NCBI GenBank assembly: GCA_964010765.1
Contig: CAXGMD010000081.1
Span: forward strand, 1-14,119
Origin: an uncultured bacterium
Lineage (GTDB): Bacteria; SAR324; NAC60-12
Direction: 5' to 3'
DNA length: 14,119 nucleotides
The position numbers and the translations under genes are program-made. The notes below the pieces were generated by a model. That model saw only the letters and a list, made by a program, of their open reading frames with translations, was not told where the DNA came from and did no database searches. Positions 7,880-14,119 of this stretch are shown in pieces; within the stretch, counting starts at the first letter, position 1, and every line of letters begins with the position of its first letter.

Positions 7880-9324
7880 ATGAAAAATACCAGTTTGACC
7901 AGTCGGCCTGGAAATGGCCTGGCTCGCAGTGAAATTCCGTTGGCTGATTTGATTCATGTTAGCGAAAAAGAGGAACCTCCATCCTCTGGCTTTCAGGCCT
8001 GTTCAAATGGCCAAACAATCTCACCATCCCTTCCTTCAACCAGCCTTAATTTTCAATTCCCATTCAAGCCCAAAAAAGTTTACAGCTTTCCTATCTCCCC
8101 ATCTTCCAAAATTTTCTACACGAACTTTTGGCCAGGAACCTCAGCTGAACAATGGAATGACTGGCAGTGGCAGTTAAAAAACAGAATTCGCTCATTGAAG
8201 GATTTGGAGCGGATTTTCGAGTTGAGTGAAGATGAGAGAGAAGCTGCTTCACAACATCGAGACTCTTTGCCTGTTGGGATCACTCCCTATTATGCCAGTT
8301 TGATGAGCAGGACTGATTCTCAGGATCCTCTGCGAAGAACGCATGTACAGGTAGGCCAGGAATTTATCAGAAGTTATGGTGAAGACGATGATCCTCTAGG
8401 GGAAGATGGCAGTACTGTCGTTGAAGGACTAGTTCACCGTTATCCTGACCGAGTTCTGTTTCTTTCAACAGGGTTTTGTTCAACGTACTGCCGTTATTGT
8501 ACCCGTTCACGCATGGTTGGCAGCACAGGGAAGTATCGTTTTGGAACCGAAAGATGGAACGCAGCCCTGAATTACCTGCGAAGTCACAAGGAGGTCAGGG
8601 ATGTTTTGCTAAGCGGTGGAGACCCACTCACACTCCCAGATGACCGACTCGATTGGTTACTGACCCAACTTCGCTCTATCAAACATATAGAATTTGTGAG
8701 AATTGGTACAAAGTGCCGATCGTCCTACCCCAGAGGATCACTAAGGATTTGGTCAAGATCCTTCGGAAGCACAAACCATGGATGAGTCTTCACTTCACCC
8801 ATCCGACTGAGCTCACTCCTGAAGTCAAAAGATCCACCGCCAGACTAGCAGATGCAGGACTTCCACTCGGGAGCCAGACTGTGCTGCTTGCTGGGATCAA
8901 TGACTCAGTAGAGACACTGAAAAACTTGTTTCATGGTTTGCTGAAGAATCGTGTTCGGCCTTACTACCTGTTCCAATGTGACCCAATCAAAGGTTCTGCA
9001 CATTTCAGAACCCCTGTCGAAAAAGGTTTGGAAATCATCAAAGGGCTACGTGGACATACAACGGGCTATGCAGTTCCAACTTTCGTGATTGATGCACCTG
9101 GTGGTGGAGGGAAAATTCCATTGCTTCCAGAGTATTTATTGGGTCGGGAGGGAGGTGATCTCGTTTTCAATAATTTCGCAGGTCATCAGCATCGGTATCC
9201 TGATCCAGATGGCACTTTGGCAGAAGATCGAATCTTCACAGCTGATAATCTTCCGAGCGAAATAGTTATGAATGGATCAGTCCACACAGACACTTATGGT
9301 GAAGGAGGTGTCCCATGCGCGTAG
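7880..9324 (+). CDS. kamA: KamA family radical SAM/PLP lysine 2,3-aminomutase-like protein, split by a -1 frameshift at about 8710 (about 481 aa when rejoined)
   Basis: ORF 7880 carries WNDWQWQLKNRI, ITPYY, DPLGED, HRYPDRVL, CSTYCRYCTR (CxxxCxxC), LSGGDPL and RIGTK. ORF 8653 continues KVPIVLPQRIT, HFTHP, SQTVLL.GIND, RPYYLFQCD, GLRGHTTG and the PLP lysine motif DAPGGGGKIP. The halves join seamlessly as RIGTKVP. Confidence 0.9.
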
Positions 9325-10364
9325 GTCTTTGTTATGATCTGCGCCAGGATTACTTAGATGCTGGATTTAGTGCAGAGCAAACCGCTGAATTTGATGCCCC
9401 TGAAACAATTGATGCCCTTGAATTTGTCTTGAGAACTAGGGGAGAGCAAGTTGAACGCATTGGCCATTTGCAGTCCCTCGTCAACAAGTTAGCAAGGGGT
9501 AAACGATGGGATTATGTCTTCAGTATCGCTGAGGGAATCTCGGGAATTGCAAGGGAAGCACAGATTCCTGCTCTTTTGGAGGGGTATGGAATCCCCTGTG
9601 TTTTCTCTGACCCAACGATTCTTTCGCTCACGCTTGACAAGGCAGTTACAAAAAGGATTATCCGAGACGCTGGAATTCCCACAGCCGATTACAGAGTTTT
9701 GAGAAATCCTGGTGATCTTGAAGAATTCTCACTTCCGTTCCCCGTTTTTGCGAAACCGCTGGCTGAAGGAACTGGCAAAGGAATTAGTGCCCATTCTTTT
9801 GTCGAGGATCTTGAAGGGTTGACTCTGCAAACCCAAAAACTTTGGCAAAAGTACTCTCAGCCTGTCTTGGTGGAACACTATCTGTCAGGCAGGGAATTCA
9901 CGGTCGGAATATTGGGGCAGGGCAAAAGAAGTCAGGTAATCGGGGTGATGGAAGTCACGTTTAAGGAATCAGCAGAATCCTTTGGCTATTCTTACGAAAA
10001 CAAGGAGCACTACGAAGCAAGAATTCAATATAGCCTAGCAGATGATGCTGAAGCAAAACGGGCAGGTGAAGTTGCTCTTCAAGCTTGGCAGGCTCTTGGT
10101 TGTCGGGATGGGGGGAGAGTAGATATTCGCTCCAATGAATTTGGGAAACCTCATTTTATTGAAGTAAATTCCTTAGCAGGATTACACCCTGAACGTTCTG
10201 ATCTGGTCATTTTAGCTGGCATGGTAGGGTTGAGTTATGCCGATTTGATCGGAAAGATTCTTGATGAATTTTTAACAGATTTGCCAAACAGAAAAATCCC
10301 TCATGGTCTACCCAGGTTGCGTCCGTTCCGCTCTCGAAGTCTGAGGTTCAGAAAAGCATTGTGA
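9315..10364 (+). CDS. Ddl-like ATP-grasp amino-acid ligase 1 (not canonical D-Ala-D-Ala ligase)
   Basis: AEG..G..RE.Q.PALLE, DK..TK, KP..EGTGKGI, E.YLSGREFTVG, GRVDIR, FIEVN motifs; lacks the Ddl N-terminal GGxSxE motif; strong GAAGGAGG RBS; start overlaps the kamA end. Confidence 0.88.
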   Translation: MRVGLCYDLRQDYLDAGFSAEQTAEFDAPETIDALEFVLRTRGEQVERIGHLQSLVNKLARGKRWDYVFSIAEGISGIAREAQIPALLEGYGIPCVFSDPTILSLTLDKAVTKRIIRDAGIPTADYRVLRNPGDLEEFSLPFPVFAKPLAEGTGKGISAHSFVEDLEGLTLQTQKLWQKYSQPVLVEHYLSGREFTVGILGQGKRSQVIGVMEVTFKESAESFGYSYENKEHYEARIQYSLADDAEAKRAGEVALQAWQALGCRDGGRVDIRSNEFGKPHFIEVNSLAGLHPERSDLVILAGMVGLSYADLIGKILDEFLTDLPNRKIPHGLPRLRPFRSRSLRFRKAL

Positions 10365-11380
10365 AAGCGCTGAGAATTGTCTTGGCTTATGGAGAGGTGG
10401 GACTAAACCCCTCTCCAGACCAACAGGACACTTTGAATCAAGTCGATTCCATTCAGTCAGTGCTCAGATCTTTTGGCCATGAAGTTCATCTGCTTGCACT
10501 GACTCTAAATCTTGGATTGGTGGACTCTTTTCTAAGAAGGATCAATCCAGATCTGGTATTCAATCTAGTCGAGTCAATTAACGGGCTTGCCACATTTGTT
10601 CCGACCGTAACAGCTTTCTTTGAAGACTTCGGGCTTCCGCATAACTGTTGTAGTAGTAGCGCACTTAGACTTTCAAGCAACAAGCTTACTAGTCGCAAGG
10701 TTCTTCAAAACGCCTGTGTCCCGCAGGCTCCCATCTTTGGAGAGACGCCCCTACTAACGAAGTCTACTCCATTATGGATTGTTAAGTCTGTTGACGAGCA
10801 TGCATCTTTTGGCATTGATCAAACATCGGTCGTGGATAGTTCCAAGGTAGCCCAAAAGATATCCTCTATAAGTGCCTCATTGGGAGGTAACTGGTTTGCC
10901 GAACAATATCTCCCAGGGAGGGAATTCAACGTTTCAATTCTTGAAACTCTTAAAGGCCCCAAAGTCTTGCCTGTAGCAAAGATCGAGTTTGAAGGGTTCG
11001 AGGGCAACGAGATCCGTTTGGTAGATTATGCCGCTAAGTGGAACACTGAAAGTGAAGCCTTCCTTCGAACACCGAGAAGATTTCCCCAAAAATGCTTCAA
11101 TTCTCAATTATTTGAACAACTTGAAGAGTTATCGCTTCGATGCTGGAACCTTTTCAGCCTGAATGGAGCTGCTCGGGTTGACTTTCGCCTTGATGAAGGG
11201 GGTCAGCCTAGAATCCTTGAGGTTAATGCCAACCCGTGTCTAAGCCCTGGTGCAGGCTTCTCAGCCTCGGCAGATCAAGCAGGAATCAGTTTCCAAGAGC
11301 TGATTGAACAGCTTGTTGAAGCTGGGCTTAGAAATTCCTCAAACTTCCATTTTCCCGTCATCACTCAGAAAAATGCTTAA
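10361..11380 (+). CDS. Ddl-like ATP-grasp amino-acid ligase 2
   Basis: LVFNLVES, NK..S, IVKS..EHASFGI, EQYLPGREFNV, DY.AKW, ARVDFR, LEVNANP motifs; GTGA start/stop overlap with ligase 1. Confidence 0.88.
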   Translation: MKALRIVLAYGEVGLNPSPDQQDTLNQVDSIQSVLRSFGHEVHLLALTLNLGLVDSFLRRINPDLVFNLVESINGLATFVPTVTAFFEDFGLPHNCCSSSALRLSSNKLTSRKVLQNACVPQAPIFGETPLLTKSTPLWIVKSVDEHASFGIDQTSVVDSSKVAQKISSISASLGGNWFAEQYLPGREFNVSILETLKGPKVLPVAKIEFEGFEGNEIRLVDYAAKWNTESEAFLRTPRRFPQKCFNSQLFEQLEELSLRCWNLFSLNGAARVDFRLDEGGQPRILEVNANPCLSPGAGFSASADQAGISFQELIEQLVEAGLRNSSNFHFPVITQKNA

Positions 11381-11425
11381 AGCCCTGATAGCAAAAAACC
11401 CCAAGGATGGACGTGGCGAAAAGTT

Positions 11426-11887
11426 TTGAATTCTGATGACGTCGGCAAGATCACCGATTTGGTTCAGGAATGTGGAAACTTTCGTGAGGATGAGATTGAA
11501 ATCGCTACTGAACTTGTTCAGGAGCATCTCAACAAAGGTGTGTCCAGCGGTTATGAGTTTCTGCTGTTAGAAAAAGCCGATCTTTTAGGGGCATTTGCTT
11601 GTTGGGGACCCATTCCAGGTTCTGTCGGAAGTTACGATCTTTATTGGCTGGCTGTTGCACCAGACTTCCAAGGTGCTGGATTCGGAACTTTGCTTTTCAA
11701 GGAGAGCATCCAGCAGATTTTTTCTCAAGGCGGTCGACAAGTTTTCATAGAGACATCAAGCCGGGATAATTATCTCTCTGCACAACGATTTTACCAGCGA
11801 CAGGGTGCTGAATTGATGGCTCGGCTGCCAGATTTTTACCAAATCGATGATGACAAGCTGATTTTCTGCGTCAGGCAATTGACCTAA
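11426..11887 (+). CDS. GNAT family N-acetyltransferase (true start uncertain; the frame is open from 11381)
   Basis: Acetyl-CoA binding motif A YDLYWLAVAPDFQGAGFGTLL and motif B IETSS...AQRFY..QG; last gene of the kamA operon. Confidence 0.88.
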   Translation: MNSDDVGKITDLVQECGNFREDEIEIATELVQEHLNKGVSSGYEFLLLEKADLLGAFACWGPIPGSVGSYDLYWLAVAPDFQGAGFGTLLFKESIQQIFSQGGRQVFIETSSRDNYLSAQRFYQRQGAELMARLPDFYQIDDDKLIFCVRQLT

Positions 11888-12228
11888 ATGCTAATGCTTG
11901 AAAACATCCGCCACAGAACACAATTTTGATTCAGGGTTAAAAGTTCCCGTTTTGAGGAAATTTAGGGATGGAGCAAAATTTTTTCAAAAGAATGAATCTC
12001 AGCCTCCTTTCAGTAGATCTCGAACTCATCTGAAATTTTTTGGCCCATAAAACGTACAGTTTATCAATTGGTCAGATAGCTTGTTTAGCTTTCCAATTCA
12101 GGTTACAAATTGATTGAGATGATTTTTCACATCTATGGCATTGACATAATTCTAGGAAAGTACGTTAAATTGTTTTTCGCATGCCATCTGGTATCAGATT
12201 TACCCCAAATGATGTAAGGGAGAGCAAC

Positions 12229-12864
12229 ATGAAACTTTATGCAGATCCGATCACGGTCAACTGTCGAAAAGTTCTCGCGGGATTCAAACTGATGGGCATT
12301 CCCTATGAACGAATCCACGTAGATTATTTTAAGTCGGAGCAATTGAATGAGGACTTCATCAAAATCAATCCAAATGCAGCTCTGCCTGCCTTAGTTGATG
12401 ACGATTTGGTATTGTGGGAGTCCAACAGCTTGTTGCAATATGCCGCAGACAAGTACGGCAAGTCGGAATTTTACCCGACTGATTTGAAAATCCGGGCTGA
12501 TATCAACAGGTGGTTACTCTGGGAGGCATCCGCATGGTTCGGGTCCTGTTACGTCTACGTGGTTGAAAATTGCGTGAAGCCCGTCTTGGATTCGAGCCCC
12601 GATCCAAAAATTCTAGAAGATCAAGACCCCAAGTTCCATAAGTTGGCTGGGATTCTTGACAATCGTCTTGGGCAAAATGAGTGGATTGCTGGAAATGGCC
12701 CGACCATCGCCGATATTGCCTGCGCTGCACCAATGCACCTTCATGGGTGGCAAAAACTGCCTTTGGATCAGCATGCAAACATTCGACGCTGGATGACCCA
12801 GAACGTGGAGCAACTTCCAGCCTGGAAAGAAACTCACGTTGGAGAGGGATTTACTCTCAGCTGA
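12229..12864 (+). CDS. glutathione S-transferase family protein
   Basis: MKLYADPITVNCRKV, NPNAALPAL, WESNSLLQY, RADINRWL and PTIADIA motifs. ATG at 12229 with AAGGGAG RBS is preferred over 12181. Confidence 0.93.
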   Translation: MKLYADPITVNCRKVLAGFKLMGIPYERIHVDYFKSEQLNEDFIKINPNAALPALVDDDLVLWESNSLLQYAADKYGKSEFYPTDLKIRADINRWLLWEASAWFGSCYVYVVENCVKPVLDSSPDPKILEDQDPKFHKLAGILDNRLGQNEWIAGNGPTIADIACAAPMHLHGWQKLPLDQHANIRRWMTQNVEQLPAWKETHVGEGFTLS

Positions 12865-12904
12865 TTTGATAATTTTCATAAAAGTCGATTACTCACGGTG
12901 AACC

Positions 12905-13753
12905 ATGCCCAACATTCCAGAATCTCCCGCTAAAGTACTGGGTCAAATCAATTACACAGTTGATAACGGTAAGGAGCCATCCTACTACTTCTATGTGCCT
13001 GAAGAGGAAGTAGAGATGAACCCGCCTGGAACCGATGTACACGATGTGGAAGTTCAAAATGGTTGGCCCATGGCTAACCAGTTTTCTGTGGATGAAATTG
13101 GATTCGAATTACACGAATTCATAGATGATTTCAGAGGTTTTCATGATGATCAACTGGTCGTCGATGGATTCTATCCACAAGTAATCGACTTTGTGAAAGA
13201 GCATACCGGGGCAAAACGAGTCGTGGTTTTTGACCATACGATTCGCAGAAGGATGTCAAAGGAGCAGATGGAAGGGAACGTCCAAGACGAAAAGTCTGTG
13301 GTCAATCGACCTGCAGTCCTCTTGGTTCATAGTGACTACACTCCTAGTTCCGGACCACAAAGAGTCCGAGATATCATGAAAGATGAGGCCGAGGAATTAC
13401 TCAAAGGACGAGTCGCATTTTTCAATGTTTGGAAACCATTCTGTGAAAAGGTGGAAGAACTTCCTTTGGCCATGTGTGATGCCAGAACTTCCACAGATGA
13501 GGACTTCCTTACAATGAAGTTGAAGTATCGGGAACGGACAGGGGAGATTTTTGTGCTACGACATTCTCCTAACCACGAGTGGTATTATTTCCCTTGGATG
13601 GAATCGAAGCATGCTATTCTTCTGAAGACCTATGACTCAGAGACTGATGGACGAGCACGATTTACTGGGCATAGCGCCTTCGAAGATCCAAATTCTCCAG
13701 CCAGCCCTCAGCAACGAGAAAGCATCGAAATTAGAACAATGGCTTTTTTCTGA
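12905..13753 (+). CDS. CmcJ/NvfI/AsaB-like Fe(II)/2-oxoglutarate-type oxidoreductase
   Basis: GFEL, FDHTIRR, VHSDYT (HxD), NVWKP, PLAMCDA, WYYFP.M, LLKTYDS, HSAFEDP (distal His) and RESIEIR are the characteristic motif series of this family. Confidence 0.85.
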   Translation: MPNIPESPAKVLGQINYTVDNGKEPSYYFYVPEEEVEMNPPGTDVHDVEVQNGWPMANQFSVDEIGFELHEFIDDFRGFHDDQLVVDGFYPQVIDFVKEHTGAKRVVVFDHTIRRRMSKEQMEGNVQDEKSVVNRPAVLLVHSDYTPSSGPQRVRDIMKDEAEELLKGRVAFFNVWKPFCEKVEELPLAMCDARTSTDEDFLTMKLKYRERTGEIFVLRHSPNHEWYYFPWMESKHAILLKTYDSETDGRARFTGHSAFEDPNSPASPQQRESIEIRTMAFF

Positions 13754-13769
13754 ACAAACTTGGGAAGCC

Positions 13770-14119
13770 TCAAGGCCTTCCCTTTACCTCAACAAAAATT
13801 GAGACGGTCTCCTCAAACTCGCTGGTACAGGCAGTAATTTTATGAGAACCTTCTTCCTCCAGTCTTACACTGTCTTTGTTCAGTTTCGTTGTTTCGCAAT
13901 TTACAAACCATTCTATTGAGTTAGATTTCCCTCTGACAGCTATCTCTAAATCTTCGCTTCTCAACCAGGCTTGATCCAGAGGATCAACAAGCAGCTTTTT
14001 GCAAGCAGCTTAATTCACATTCTCAAATCGACTGGCCAGAGTGCCTCTTTCTTTTCAAACTCTCTAAGATCCAAAGCCAATCAGGGAATTGTTCTTTGAC
14101 ACAAGGGGGATAATCGTTT
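13770..14119 (-). pseudogene. probable degraded 3' end of a penicillin-binding protein 1C (C-terminal Ig-like domain)
   Basis: Minus frame reads *AACKKLLVDPLDQAWLRSEDLEIAVRGKSNSIEWFVN...EEEGSHKITAC...VSIFVE, resembling the PBP1C C-terminal domain pattern. There is an in-frame TAA at 14012-14010, and all three minus frames contain stops within 14010-14119. Confidence 0.4.

Noticed and set aside
2070..7957. Short ORFs overlapping the hydrolase, rpoA, phytase-like, yqaA and bktB genes (e.g. 2070, 2829, 2987, 3132, 3633, 3833, 3880, 4040, 4869, 5729, 5924, 6182, 6252, 6571, 7119, 7458, 7646)
   Set aside because: Antisense or alternate-frame shadows of well-supported genes with no recognisable motifs.
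8653..9324. 223-aa ORF as an independent gene
   Set aside because: Its first ~19 residues are out-of-frame sequence; from KVPIVLPQR it is the C-terminal half of KamA.
7880..9324. EpmB (EF-P beta-lysylation) or lysine-fermentation role for the aminomutase
   Set aside because: No efp, epmA or kamDE/kdd/kce genes in the window, and the gene is translationally coupled to ATP-grasp ligases instead. A role in trans cannot be excluded.
9315..11380. Canonical ddl or vancomycin-resistance Van ligases
   Set aside because: Missing the GGxSxE N-terminal motif, and no mur/fts or vanH/vanX context.
12008..12041. Terminator for the kamA operon (TTTCAG...CTGAAA followed by a T-run)
   Set aside because: The stem is weak and bulged and lies about 120 bp from the stop; too uncertain to call.
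12115..12134. CRP-like site TGAGA...TCACA upstream of GST
   Set aside because: Half-sites are 7 nt apart rather than 6; the short AGATG/CATCT repeat could be chance.
12141..12171. MerR/SoxR-type promoter (TTGACA-N19-TAAATT)
   Set aside because: The spacing fits, but there is no convincing dyad in the spacer and no MerR gene in the window.
12133..12879. Short ORFs overlapping the GST gene (12133, 12503, 12613, 12681)
   Set aside because: Shadow ORFs of the GST coding sequence.
13971..13987. Inverted repeat TTGATCC-AGA-GGATCAA resembling an FNR site
   Set aside because: Wrong spacing for FNR (TTGAT-N4-ATCAA), and it lies inside a probable coding remnant.
1..14119. CRISPR arrays, tRNA/rRNA, IS elements, prophage genes
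   Set aside because: No regularly spaced repeats, RNA gene signatures, transposase/integrase motifs or terminal inverted repeats were seen by eye.

Overview
Bacterial chromosomal window of moderate GC with no mobile elements, CRISPR arrays, rRNA or tRNA. The RpoA sequence style suggests a deltaproteobacterium-like or SAR324-like marine organism; this is inference only. From left to right: (1) the 5' part of an NAD(P)-dependent beta-hydroxyacid dehydrogenase, missed by the ORF track, divergent from a LacI regulator, with a perfect LacI-type operator inside its promoter; (2) a dienelactone hydrolase; (3) a stand-alone, divergent RNA polymerase alpha gene outside the ribosomal-protein alpha operon, with its own promoter, a structured ~160-nt leader and a terminator; (4) a secreted beta-propeller/phytase-like protein; (5) a YqaA/DedA membrane protein; (6) a BktB-like thiolase; (7) a tightly coupled four-gene operon: KamA-type lysine 2,3-aminomutase, two non-canonical Ddl-like ATP-grasp ligases and a GNAT acetyltransferase, with a clear -1 frame break in kamA and a possible second one at the GNAT start; (8) a GST plus CmcJ/NvfI-like Fe(II)/2OG oxygenase pair; (9) a probable degraded pbpC 3' end. 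The best candidates for new biology are the aminomutase/ATP-grasp/GNAT operon (a putative ribosome-independent beta-lysine peptide pathway) and the orphan alpha subunit, whose beta-binding surface is degenerate while its DNA-binding CTD is intact.
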